A stretch of DNA of 63,718 bases, counting the filler, from Chiloscyllium plagiosum (lineage: Eukaryota), in the NCBI RefSeq assembly GCF_004010195.1. It is 4 parts of one record of this genome, joined end to end, with 100 filler letters (N's around TTAATTAATTAA, not from the genome) between each part and the next. Parts side by side here need not be neighbours in the genome. Positions count along the whole stretch, not along the records: positions 1 to 28,990 come from NC_057717.1; 3 more parts are not named here. One strand, written 5' to 3'. Shown here one piece after another: positions 1 to 12,210 of this stretch. Within the stretch, counting starts at the first letter, position 1. Every line of letters starts with the position of its first letter. The notes under the pieces are model-generated. The model did no database searches. It was not told the DNA's origin and saw only the letters and a list, made by a program, of their open reading frames with translations. The position numbers and the translations under genes were made by a program.

Positions 1-106
1 AGATGCTGGAGATCAAAGTTGAAACTTTATTGCTGGAACAGCACAGCAGGTCAGGCAGCATCCAGGGAACAGGAGATTCGACGTTTCGGGCACAGGCCCT
101 TCTTCA
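1..106 (-). mobile_element. Penelope-like (Neptune-type) terminal-repeat fragment, cut by the window start
   Basis: Identical by eye to 25863-25968. The minus strand reads TTGAAGAAGGGCCTGTGCCCGAAACGTC, a hammerhead-like core that lacks the first C. Confidence 0.8.
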
Positions 107-329
107 ATCGGGTTAACAGAGAGACCCAAGACGGGTAGTTTTAGAAAAAAAAAGAGGAATGCAAGAACGAGCAATTTGACTAATGCAGTTCGAAGGGCTT
201 TCCAGCGTAAGTACTTAGATTCAGAGTGTGACGCGGCACGGGATCAACAGCAATGAGTGCAGAGAGTAGGTCAGTAATGCAGGTATACCTGGGTTTACAG
301 AAAAAAAAAATCTGCACTTTGATTCTTAC

Positions 330-552
330 CAGGGACACCAATGATAGCCAGAATAGGAAAATAAATGTACTGAATAATGCGGAGTGCAGCAAAGATCCTC
401 CATGATATTGACATCCGATCATCATTTTACGAAAGATGCCAAACTGCACCAGATAAACTCCTGGGCATTGCTGTTACATTCCAGTCTAATGCTCTCAGAT
501 TCAGATCTAATGTTGAAACATTCCAGTCTATCGTTCTCAGATTCTGATCCAT
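330..552 (-). pseudogene. First coding exon of a GPR139/GPR142-like class A GPCR (paralog A) with an in-frame TAA; pseudogene or N-terminally shortened gene
   Basis: Manual translation: MDQNLRTIDWNVSTLDLNLRALDWNVTAMPRSLSGAVWHLS*NDDRMSISWRIFAALRIIQYIYFPILAIIGVP, then phase-1 donor CCTG|GTAAG at 330/329. Stop at 429-427; next in-frame ATG at 414. Clearly homologous to 41397-41661. Family assignment is from recall of the YYP-LA-IGVP-intron pattern, not from a search. Confidence 0.75.
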
Positions 553-1560
553 TGCTGGGATATTCCAGTCGATTGTTCTCAGATTCTGAACTCTCCTGCC
601 CCTCCCTCTGGAGCTGCTGATTCCTGTTAGTGAGACGACAGATTAAACGGCGCCCGTTTGTCATTGAAAAATGAAAACCCTGCACTGAAATAATTCGAAT
701 CCATGGAGACTGACATTAATCGCAATCACTGAACAAAGTTTCATTTAACCACTTCCTACATCACTTTTCACAACAAAAAATAAAACACGAGGAGACATTT
801 ATGTGATCTGCATGAAATCGGTGCAGGTTGCAGAGAGAAGGATCATAAATCCACCAACAAGTTTAATCTTTCTTCCTTGCAACAGTGAGTAGTGCGAGAA
901 CACTGCGGAATTGTATATGATCCATACTGGGATAAAATAACAGACCAGCTGCATAAAGGGACTGGTGGGGAAATTTGCAAAGAACGGAACCGGGAAAGCA
1001 ATACTTATTATATGTTGATGTAATGTAATGGTGTTCCGAGTTTTAAACGACTGGTAATCAATTCCTTCCATCGAATTCAGACATCATTCAGAGTACTGAG
1101 ATTGCTGCCGCAGAACGGGGGAAACATTTGTCCCAATGTTACTGTTACAGATGGATAGGAGAAAGCCATTCAGCCCACACGAGCCAAATTCCCACTTGAA
1201 AAGGTGAAAATCTGGAATGCACACACAGTCTGCAAAGGGAATCATTCAAAACATAGATCCATTTTACGACAGCTGCACGAGGTTTTACGCGAGTACACAA
1301 CACAATGTGCTTGTGTTTCTGCAACTCAGAAGGGAAGGATTTCCAACGGATACATTTTACTGGCTGCGCAGTGCTCAGAGATTGCTCTGGCATTTCATGT
1401 CTCAAGCCTGTTACAGAGGGACAGAAGGCAGTCATTCAAGAGGAGGCCATTCAAACTCTTGGGTCTGTTACATTGGGACAGTATGAAACCATTAAGCCTC
1501 TCAGGTCTGTTAAAGAAGGAGAGGAGAAGGTCATTCAACCTCTCATCCGGGTACAGATGG
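553..1560 (-). promoter_or_regulatory. Conserved upstream region of GPCR paralog A (inverted homolog of about 40330-41396)
   Basis: Reverse complement of 661-730 (agtgattgcgattaatgtcagtctccatggattc) matches 41191-41260. 1204-1256 matches 40651-40710, and 1391-1420 matches 40481-40510. Regulatory function is inferred from position only. Confidence 0.6.
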
Positions 1561-2215
1561 TCAGTAGGATGTCATTCAGTCTCTGTAGCCTGGCACAGAC
1601 AGATAGTAGGACAGTATGTTGGACATCTTACAGAGAGACAGGAGGATGCCAGTCAGCATCTCGGACGTGTGGCATGGTGATCGGCGGAGCAAATTGAACT
1701 TCTCAAGTCTGTCACCCAAAAGCACTGCCAGTCACTTGCTTGCTCATTTACTGATAGTCAAGAAAACACTGATCCATCATTCAGATTTTGATGATATTTA
1801 CAGAAGCTTGAGAAAGGTTTTCAGTCAGTAGAAGCTATAAGAAATGTGAAGAGGTCATTCAATCCACAACAGGAGCATTCCATAGTAGCAATAGCAGAGT
1901 GCACAGTTATTGGAGCCTGTTACTCAGGCTCTGTGATTCGGTGGGATCAGGGACAGCTATTTTCGAAAACCTGGTACACGAGTACAGGAGGCAGTCATTA
2001 TCCACAACAGGAGCATTCCATAGTAGCAATAGCAGAGTGCACAGTTATTGGAGCCTGTTACTCAGGAGCAGGAGGACGACAGCTATTTTCGAAAACCTGG
2101 TACACGAGTACAGGAAGCAGTCATTCAACTGCTCGAGACTGGTACACAGGGAAATCTGTAGACGAGTGAGCCCCCAGGATCCTGTTACCCAACAACAGGA
2201 AGAGGCCTTTTGAGT
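1390..2215. repeat. Degenerate 42-bp-type minisatellite units plus an approximately 140-bp direct tandem duplication (about 1854-2130)
   Basis: Recurrent gtcattca...tgtta..ag..acagga motif. The block atccacaacaggagcattccatagtagcaatagcagagtgcacagttattggagcctgttactcagg occurs at 1862 and again at 2000. Confidence 0.8.
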
Positions 2216-2299
2216 TTGGTCATTTGGGAGACAAGGGGAATTGGCAAATTACAAACAGGAGTCAATTAATTAGTTGCAATTTTTGAACATTTCTGCCAC

Positions 2300-3140
2300 C
2301 CACAAGCATATCTCACGACGACAAATATATTTTCTTGCTTCACCGTTAACTGTGTTTTGCAGAGACCATTCCCTCGGTGATTCTCTTTTTAATTTTCTGC
2401 TCCCCCACCAACACCCCCCTACTCCCAGCACCTTCGATTGACACAAAAGGAGTATTAAAAATTGCGTCCAAACCTTTCCCTCACCAACATGCAAGGGCCC
2501 AAGCGATCCTTCCACATCTGATAGACTTTCCTGCAACGACAACACAACAACTACTGCTCCGCTGCTCTTGGTGTAGTCTCTTCTGCATTGGGAGACAGGA
2601 TTTCAACTTCTGGAACGTTTCAGATAACATCGGTAGAACACAGGCACTAAACAACCCCAATGTCCTGTGGCTGGACACTTCAACATGCCCTCCCAGTTCC
2701 TATATGTCCTGGTCCTCCTCCACTGTCAAACCCTAAAAACACGCCTGTTTGAAGAACACCTTATCTTCAACTTTGGGACTCTCCAACCACACGGTATCAA
2801 CGTTAATTTAACTGGTTGCCTCATCTGCCCTGATCCCACCTAATCACAGATCCAACAAACCAACTCGGCAAAGCCATCTTGACCTGTCCTACCTTTCCAT
2901 GGACTTCCAGCCTGACCGATCCACTCTCCACTCCGGCCTGTCACCATCATTTTGCTTCTTCATCTGCCCTTTACATTCCCAACTACCTTTACTTCCCAGC
3001 CCCACCCCCTTCCATTTATCTCTCAGCCCAGTTGGGCCTTCCGAATTCCTGATGAAGAGCTTTGGCTGGAAGCTTCACCTCTTCTACTCCTTGAATGCTA
3101 CCTGAATATCTGTGCTGTTCCAGCGCCACAACTTTTGACA
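2300..3140 (+). mobile_element. Decayed Penelope-like element (Neptune-type): GIY-YIG endonuclease remnant plus terminal repeat
   Basis: Frameshifted remnants RCSWCSLFCIG.. and EEHLIFNFGTLQPHGINVN resemble the GIY-YIG C-terminus. The 3' end has attcctgatgaagagctttggctggaag (decayed hammerhead-like core) and the same tail as the short palindromic elements. Confidence 0.75.
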
Positions 3141-3759
3141 CCCATGTAGCGAGTGTAATAATGATATGCTTTCAAGTGAGCAGATGAAATCTTGACTCAC
3201 GTCCGGCAAATGACGATGCAAGAGAAATCCTGACAGGCTCACTTTTTTGGTATCATTGTATTAATATGTGTATCTGTGTGTGACAGGTTTGATAATCTCC
3301 GTGGTATTCGAAATAAAGCAATGCCAACCTCTTCCAACCTCTCCATGTCACTTCACAGGCGGCGAAGCAAGGTGAAGATCACAAGAGTTTCATTCGGAGA
3401 GAGGAGTGGGGAAGGAGAAACGTGTTCATGCAACACACGAAGACAGACAGACAGACAGGCAGACATACACATCCACTCACACACATGGTTTAGATGGGAT
3501 TGCTCGGGGCCCACAGAGTGAACTGTGCTCAAGTGGAGAAATGCTGACGCACCGTGTGCAATGTGAAAACGCTTTGTCTTTGAGAAGTATAACTCACACA
3601 CAGCGTACACATTAAAACGTGTTTCCAATGCAATAATATCCAGGCAACTGTGAGTGAACATGTCTTTCGTAAATCGATGAGATTAATTTTGTCACACTTT
3701 CTGTAACTTGCAAAGTTTTGGGATGCCCTCCTATGCGTTCACTGAAATGTCGAAACCAT

Positions 3760-5550
3760 AGGAAAGCCTTTACTGCAAACCGGCAGAGTGGGAAATACAA
3801 GACAGTTATGGACTATCAAATTTAGACGTAAATTATACTGTAAATGGCAGAACCATTTGGAAAACTAGCTTACAGACATCGTGATGTCAGCAATTCCGTA
3901 AGAGTGGCAGGATACGTGGCAATGTGATTAATAAGCGACATGGCATACTTGTCTTCATCAGCCAGAGCATGGAGTACAAGAGTTACATAGAAAACTAAAG
4001 CACAGGACAGGCCCTTTGGCCAACGATGTTGCACGGAGATTTAATCCTAATGTAAATTATAGTAACTACCTACGCACCCCTCAACTCACTGCTATCCATG
4101 TGCATGTCCAGCATTCGCTTAAATGTCCCCACTGACTCTGCTTCCATCACCACCACTGGTAACGCATTCCATGCATTCACAACTCTCCATTTTAAAAAAA
4201 AAACTACCTCTGACGTCTCATTTTTCCCTTCCTCCTAATACCTTCCAACTATGACTTCTCGTAACAGTCAATCCTGCCCTTGGGGAAAGTCTATGGCTGT
4301 TGACACGATGAATTCCTCTCATTATTTTGTACATCTCTACCAGGTTTCTTCTCTTCCTCCTTCTCTCCAAAAAAAAGAGTCCAAGCCTATACAACCTTTA
4401 TTCATTAGGCAAGCCCTCCAGTCCAGGCAGCATCCTGGTAAACCTTCTTTGCACCCTCTACAAAGCCTCTGTGTCTTTCTTGTGGTAGGGCGACCAGAAC
4501 TGGACACAATGTTACAAGTTTGGTCTCACCAGGGACTTGTGGAGCTGAGCAAAACCTCACAGCTCTTAAACTCGATACCCCTCTTGATGAAAGCCAAAAC
4601 ACCATATGCTTTCTTAACAAACCTATCCACTTGGTGACAGCTTTGAGGGATCTGTGCACTTGCACACCCAGATCCATCTGTTCTCCACACTGCCATGAAT
4701 TCTGTCTGTAATCCTATATTCAACATTCGAGTTCGATCTTCCAAAAGGCATCACTTCACATTTATCAAGGTTGAACTCCATCTGCCATTTCTCAGCCCAG
4801 CTCTGCATTCTGTCTATGTTGCGCTGCAGCCCGCTGTAGCCCTCTACACTATCGACGACACCTCTAACCTTTGTGTCATCTGCAAATCTACTAACCCATC
4901 CCTCAACCTCATCAGCCAAGTCATTTATAAAAAATGCAAACAGCAGAGGCCCGAAAACAGAGTCGCGTGGGACCCCACCAACACTGTCCTCCAAGCAGTT
5001 AGCCAACCATACTTCCGTTCCAGAAAACCCTCGTTAGGCTTGAAGTTTTCTGTGCACAATCCGTAGGGCGTGGAATGTTTGGAGAGAGTACGGGGAATGT
5101 TCACCAGGATGCTTCCTGGTCTGGCTATGAGGCTATTGGCTATGAGGAAAGTTAAAATGACTCAGATTGTTTTCATGGTGAAGAGGACAACTGAGCAGAA
5201 ACCATACAGACGCCTCCAAGGATATGAGAGACATGAATTGGGTGGATAGTCAAAGGCTTTGTTTTCAAATTTGTAGTTTCACTTACTCTGGGACATAGAT
5301 TCAAGGTCGGTAGGGGAAATGCTTCAGAAAATGTTCGTGAATGTTTTTCACGCAGAGAAAAGAGGGGCTTGAAGCAGACAATTTGACAATATTTAAGAGA
5401 CATCTGAATGGTTACCTGAACATGGAGATAATAGAGGAATACGGCCCAACAAATAGCAGAAGGATTTTTAGAAGAATTATTTAGGGCACGATGATCGATA
5501 GAGGTTTGGAGGGCCGAATGGCCTGTTCCTATGCCGTACTTCTCTTTGTT
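3760..5550. mobile_element. Nested CR1 LINE fragments: a minus-strand 3' part (about 3985-4990) inside an older plus-strand copy
   Basis: ORFs 4623-5006 (GPLLFAFFINDL..FADDTK..WAEKWQMEFN) and 4526-4744 (VKKAYGVLAFIKRGIEFKS) are CR1 RT C-terminal motifs. The plus-strand flanks carry the same motifs, more decayed. Confidence 0.9.
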
Positions 5551-5824
5551 CGTTGTCCTTTGTGACATTGGATCACGTTAAAAGAAGTTCAGCTGGAGAC
5601 AAAGAATGAAAGAGAGAAGGTTCATTGATTCACACCCACTGCACATAGATTAGGATACAGAGGTACAAATACATATCTGCTCGCTAATACAGGGACACAG
5701 ATTAAAATCATTTGGAGATAGCCACAAACAGAGCGGCTTACTGAGATACATAGTCACACAGAAATAGACACAAACAAGAAATAGACATGCAGATGCACAC
5801 ACAGACACACAAGCACACATAGTG

Positions 5825-6570
5825 TCATAGACTCATACAGTATAGAAGCAAACGTTTCAGTTCAAACAGTCTGTGCCAAATATAAACGTAAACTAAACTA
5901 TTTCCACTTACCTATGCTTGTTTCCTGTCCCTCCAAACCTTTTCTTATTCACGTACTTATCTGAATGTATTTCAAACATTGCAATTTTACACCCATCCAC
6001 CCCTGCATCTGGAACTTCATACACCATTCTTTGTAAACCAATTGCCCCTCGTGTCTTTTTAAAACCTTTCTCCTCTGACCTTAAAATACCCGCCGAGTCT
6101 GAAAACGCCTCAACCTCGAGTCTGAAAAACACCGACCCTCTATATGGTCACACCGCAACCTCTTACATTCCAATGTAATATATTGCAGGTGAAACAGTCT
6201 ATTTTTATACCTCAACCTTTCCGTTCCTTGCAACATCCGGGTAAATCTTACTTTAAACCTCTCTGGCTGAATGAAATCCAACCGAATACAGGGCGACCAG
6301 AACTGGACACACTTCTCCAGAAAAATCCTCACCAATATCTCTGTCCAATCTCAACATGGCATCCGAAATCCTATTCTGAAAGTTATGAGCAGTGAAGGCA
6401 GCATGCTAAACGCATTTCCAACCACGTCAATGTGAAATCTTCAAAGATGTATGCTTGAAACACGAGGACTCTCTGTTCTACACCAATAACAAAGACCCTA
6501 CGTTCAATTAGGTAAGTCCTGCCCTTGTTTGCTATTCCGAAGCGCAGTTCCACGCAGTTATCCAAGGTAA
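5825..6570 (-). mobile_element. CR1 LINE 3' fragment
   Basis: ORFs with LEKCVQFWSP and RFTRMLQG; CR1-type 3' tail. Confidence 0.85.
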
Positions 6571-7014
6571 ACTCCATAAGACACACATCGTCCCAATCTG
6601 TGAGACTAATGGGGAGAAGAGGCTGGAAAGTAATCAGCTGACTTGCATCATTTAATGGGTTCAGGAAGAAGGTAATAACACGTTAGCAGAGGAAATAGTA
6701 ATCCGTTTTTTAATTGGTAGAAATTAGACTCTTTTATTCTCTCTGTTGTTCAATTATAATATCTATTCGATATCCTTCCTGGAGCAGAGTATGTCTGTGG
6801 AGTTAATTTAATAATATTATAGATAATAACCACTTAATCTAGAAATCATAGCCAAGAAATATAGAATGTTAATTATTTATTTCATGCACTCAACATCCTT
6901 TAGTTGAGGCAAAGAGGTTGCATTAGTTTTACAATGAAAACAAGAATTTAATACATGTATACTGAGGTGAAAAACGTAATGTGATGCAGAATGTGAATAC
7001 TTTAGGTCATTAGT

Positions 7015-7353
7015 AATGGGTAGCGATTAATTCTCTGAGCCAGACTTTGCATGAGCTTTTAGATATTGAACTTGTGCTTGTGTCTGTATCTTGAGCCGAG
7101 GTCTGACTTTAAGTCCTGTCTGATGTGGAGGTCTGTTACAGCATGTCAGAACAGGCTGATGCTCAAACACACAGGAGAATAACAATGGGTAGCGTCTAAT
7201 TCTCTGAGCCAGACTTTGCATTAGCTTTTAGATATTGAACTTGTGCTTGTGTCTGTATCTTGAGCCGAGGTCTGACTTTAAGTCCTGTCTGATTTGGAGG
7301 TCTGTTACAGCATGTCAGAACAGGCTGATGCACAAACACACAGGAGAATAACA
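7015..7353. repeat. Near-perfect 169-bp direct tandem duplication (2 copies)
   Basis: aatgggtagcg..ttctctgagccagactttgca... starts at 7015 and again at 7184 with only a few substitutions. Confidence 0.95.
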
Positions 7354-7559
7354 CTGCAGCTTTCGGGGCGATTGCCATGTTCTGGAAGTGTCCAAACCTT
7401 TGAGCCCAAAGATTTAGGTTCAACTACAACAAAGAGATAATTCAGAATACATCTGAACACGTTGATTGAAATGACTTTAAAACTGTAATTTGATCGAGAA
7501 GGAAAAGATCTCATTATGTCATTTCGGAATGACTGAAAGGATTCATTTGTTTTGATTGA

Positions 7560-9130
7560 AGTCAAATGTGCAATTTATACTGATTTATAAAACCGAGAGG
7601 TGGATTGATGGGGTGAGAAGCCAATTTCATTTTTCCAGGCTAGAGGAGTCAAAACCCGAGTGTATAGGTTTATGTTGAGAGGGCAAAATATACATTGAAG
7701 ATAAGGTGTGTAAACTTCACGCAAAAGTTTGATATATGTATGAAATGAGGAATTGGCGGTGACTGGTGCAGTTGTAATATTTAAAAGGAGTCTGGAGGCT
7801 GCCAGACCTGCTACGAATTTCCAGCAATTTCTGCATCTGTTCATAATGTTATGCATTCAAATGAACACAATAATTAGATCAGAGGACATAAAATATTTCA
7901 GCACAGTACGCGCCTTTGGGCCCTCGAAGTTGCGCCGACCAGTGGAACCAATGTGAAATCTTTCTACCATACACTATTCCCTTTTCAGCTACATTAATTG
8001 TCAAATGACCAATTAAATACACTTAACCTTGGCAAGTCCACTATTGTTGAAGGCAGGGTGTTCCCTTCCACTACTACACTCTGAGTGAAGAAATTAATAA
8101 ATGTCCTGTAACTATCACCACTTAATTTAACTCGGTGCCCCGTCGTGCTCGCCATCATTATTCAAAACAAAAAGGTTCTCATTCGCAACCCTATCTAAAG
8201 CTCTGATTATCGTATACGTCTCAATGGAGACAACTCACAACCTTCTTCTCTCTAACGAAATCAGCCTCAAGTCACTCAGCCTTTCCATATAATACTTTCC
8301 CTCCATACCAGGCAGCATACTCGTAAATCGCCTTTGATACCTTGCCAAAGCTTCCAGATCCGTCCGATAATGTGCTGGCCAGAGTATGGAATACTTCACG
8401 TGCGGCCGCACCATAGTTTTGTCCAGGTGCAACATATCCTTCTGGCTCTGAAACTCAACACCGCTACCTAAAAAAAATCCTAATACACTGAGTGCCTTCT
8501 TGACAACTCTATCCACCTGTGTGGCCATTTCCAGGGATCGATATACATGGAAACCAAGAATACTCTACACATCTACACAACCAATAATCTTACCATAAAC
8601 CCAACAGTCTTTATTCTTCTTGGTCCCGCCATTTGGCACCTCTCAGCCCAACTCTGCGTCTTATCTATTTCGCTATGTAACCTGAAACATCCTTCAGCAT
8701 TAACCACAACTCCACCAACATTGGTGCCATCCGTAACATGACAAAAATATCCTACCCCGCCTTCAACCAGTAATTTATATTTTAAAAAATGACAAGCAAC
8801 AGTGGCCTCAAAACAGAACTTTTCGGATCATCGCTCGTAACTAAACTCCAAGATGAACATTTCCCACCAGCTATCGCTTTCTGTCTTCTTTCATCCAGCC
8901 AGTTTCTGATCCAAACCGCTAAATTATCCTCAATCCCATGCCTCCGTATTTTGTGCATTATGATACCTTTGGGAACCTTATGAAACGCCTTCTTGAAATT
9001 CATAAACACCACATCAACTGCGTTCTCCACATCCACTTGATTTGTTAGTTTCTAAAATAACTCAATAAGATTTGTGAGGCACGAACTACCCTTGACAAAA
9101 CCGGGTTAACTATCCCGAATTAACTTATTC
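7560..9130. mobile_element. CR1 fragments (short plus-strand piece to about 7800; minus-strand RT/3' end about 7870-9130)
   Basis: ORFs VDVVFMNFKKAFHKVP..WIRNWL and VRPHVKYS..RRFTSMLPG are CR1 RT motifs. Confidence 0.88.
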
Positions 9131-9469
9131 CTAGAAACATCCTATTGCTCCCTTTATCTCCATGTTCTTCATTATATTAATGTGCGTAAGCTTAGAAAAG
9201 AAACACATTTAGCTTTACCATTCATGGAGGATTCTTGACGAGGATTCATTGGAATCTCGTCAGTGCCAAAGGCAAAGTGAATTCAGCCAGATCCAACTAT
9301 TCCAGGAAGAAATCTCATTGCAAGCAGCTCAGACGAGCAGAATAACTTCAGCAACAGAACACCATTCGGGGCAATCTCTCATCTTTCCTTTGTGTTCAGT
9401 GCAAGTAATTTTAGTAAAGAGTGATTTCAAGTTAACAGTGCATGGATTTTGCTTTTTTGTCAGTCATAC

Positions 9470-9472
<3 letters not shown>

Positions 9473-9509
<37 letters not shown>

Positions 9510-9556
9510 TCTGCGTAGGTCTGTGTGTGTGTGCTTGCGAATGTGTGTATGTGTGT
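9473..9556. repeat. (GT)n microsatellite
   Basis: Direct observation. Confidence 0.97.
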
Positions 9557-9799
9557 CCTTCAGCATTTTTAGAAAGGGAAATATCAATATTAATATTCGC
9601 ATATCAACACGGTTTGTCATTGGTTTTCCGATTATGGCACAGTAATCGAGTTTGATCATAAATTTGTTATTTTAGTAGATGAAAGCAACTTGCCTGACAC
9701 AGTGCGAGAATTGTATCTTCAGATATGTCAGTAATCTGCTTAAACCTAAATGTTCTGTGACTAGAGAAGGATTGGGAACGGAAAATGAAACGAAAACTT

Positions 9800-12210
9800 T
9801 AAAATCCAGGAACTCTGGACTGACAAACCTGACATCGGTGTTGGGGAATGTTGTGGAAGTGATTCTGAGGGATAGGACTAACCAGTCAGCAATAATTGAC
9901 TGGTTTTACACAATGTCGATTTGTTCAATGTAAATCATGTCTCATTGAACTGACTGAGTGTTTTGAACAGGTGATGAAGAAGATTTATGAAGGCAGTGTT
10001 GCAGACCTTGTCCACACGGACTTCATGAAGGCGTTCGAAAAGAATCCAAATGGTAGGCCGATCAGTAATGTTAGTCCACCGGTGTGGTCTGTACCTGTCA
10101 ATGGAATTTAAAATTAGCTTAAAGACCGGAGACAGAGTGATGAGGGAGCATTATTTTCCTCACCGGAGGCCTCCAACCACTGGTGTACCGCAAGCATTAC
10201 AGTCCTTGTCATAGAAATGCACAACATAGAAACAGACCCTTCGGTCCAATGCATCCATGCTAAACAGATGTACTAATTAATTTAGTATCATTTACCAGCA
10301 TTTGGCCGATATCCCTCTAAACAATTCCCATTCACGCAAACATCCAGGTGCCTCTTAAATGTTGTAATTGTACCAGCCTTCACAACTTCCACTGGCAGCT
10401 CATTCCACACAAGCACCACACTCTGCACGAAAACGTTGTCTCTCAGTTCCCTTTTACATCTGTCCCCGCTCATCATCAAACTGCGCCCTGTAGTTCTGGA
10501 CTCCCCAACAACATGGAAAAGGATCTTGGCTGTTTATCCTATCCAAGGCCCTCATGATTTATAAACCAGTTTCAGGTCACACCTCAACCTCCGACAGACC
10601 AGGCAAACCAGCCCCAGAGTTTTTATCCTCTCCCGATGGCTCGAATATTCCAAACTTGCCAATATCATTGCAGCCTTTTTCTGAATAATTTCAAATTTCA
10701 CAACATTCTTCCAATAGGAAGGAGAACATGGTGAGCCTGATACCACTGGTCTGAAGGTTTTGGAGGGAATCCTGAGGCATAAGATTTCCATGCATTTGGA
10801 ATGGTAGAGACTGATTAGGGAACGTCTGCATGTTTGTTGCGCGGAAAGTTATGTCTTAAGAAAGTGATTTAGTTTTTGAAGATGTTACAAAGAGGATTGA
10901 TGAATGCAGAGCGGTAGACATGATCTATGTGGACTTAAGTATGGCGTTCAATGAGGGTCCATATGCGAGACTGTTTTGCAAATTAGATCGTATGAAATAC
11001 AAGGTTTTCCAACCATTTGGGTATAAAAATGGCTCAAAAGTAGAAGACAAATTGTGGTCGTGGAGAGTTGTTTTTCAGACGGAAGGCCTCTGTTCAATTG
11101 TGTGTCACAAGCATCACTGCTGGGTACACTACTTTCCATATGTTATAAAAATGATTTGGATATTAATGCCGGTGGTATGGTTAGTAAGTTTGCACCTAAC
11201 ATAAGAATTGATGGTGTAATGGCCAACGAAGAATGTCACCTCACATTCCAACGGGATCAGTGCTGAATCCACTACTTATCATTATTTTTACAAAGGATTG
11301 GATGTGAATATCAGAGGCATTGTTAGTAAGATAGCAGGTGTCATTAAAAAGATGGTGTAGTGAATAGTGAAGATGATTATCTCTAAGGTCATCACGACCT
11401 TCATCCGATGTGTCAATGGGTCAAGGAATGGCAGATGGATTCTTAATTCGTATAAATATGAGGTTTTTAACTTTGGTAAGGTAATGCAGGGCTGCATCTA
11501 TTTCATTAATGGTTAGGTCCAAGGGAGTGTTTCTGGTCAAACGGACATGGTGCATAGTTCCGTGAAAGTGGAGTCCCGGGAAAACAGGGTGGTGAGGACG
11601 AATTTGGCATTTTTGACATAACTGGTCAGAGCATTGAGCATCGGAGTTAGGGTGGGAAGTTGTACCTGCACAAACTTGGGTGATGCTTTTTTTTAAAGAA
11701 TAGGTCTGTTCCTATAAGGAAGGATGTTGTTAAACTTGACAGGTTGCAGAAAGGATTTGAAAGAATTTGAGCTATGAGGGGAGGTTGAATTGTTCTTTTT
11801 TTCCCCTGGAGTGTCAGAGATATCATGGAGAGTGATAAAATCATGATAGGCATAAATACTATGAAATGCCATTCACCCCCCCCCCCCCCACACACACACA
11901 CACACACACACCCGATATGGGATTTCAAAGCAAGACGATATGCAATGAAGCTGAGTGCTAAAAAAATTCGAAGTCACGGAAGAGGCTACTTTTTCACTCA
12001 GAGTCTTGTGTGTGCAAGGAACGTGACGTCAGAGGAGGTAGGGAAGGCAAGTACAACGACACTTTTCAAATGTATCGGCATACTACATAAGTGGGAAGGA
12101 TTTAGAGGGATATCAGCCAAATGCCTGAAATTGGTAGAAAATAAGATAAGGATATCTGGTCAGTGGGCATAACTGGGATGAAGGGTCCGTTGCCGTGCTG
12201 TATGACTGAC
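9800..12210. mobile_element. Cluster of nested CR1 fragments (plus 9800-10200, minus 10205-10730, plus 10730-12210) with a C/CA microsatellite at about 11876-11912
   Basis: Motifs TDFMKAFEK, IYVDLSMAFN, GMVSKFAPN and FTQ..V..WN.LP; CR1-type tails ending (ct)atga. Confidence 0.85.

Noticed and set aside
422..685. ORF with ESESENNRLEY repeats
   Set aside because: Alternative frame of the 42-bp GPCR N-terminal repeat; the frame that leads into TM1 and the splice donor is a different one.
799..1071. Hydrophobic ORF upstream of GPCR paralog A as an extra exon
   Set aside because: No GPCR motifs, and the homologous region near 40900-41120 has no corresponding ORF in the track.
1846..2169. 107-aa ORF with an internal repeat
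   Set aside because: Explained by the local tandem duplication; non-ATG start and no recognisable domain.
9432..9659. Cys/Val- or His/Thr-rich ORFs
   Set aside because: Translations of the (GT)n microsatellite.
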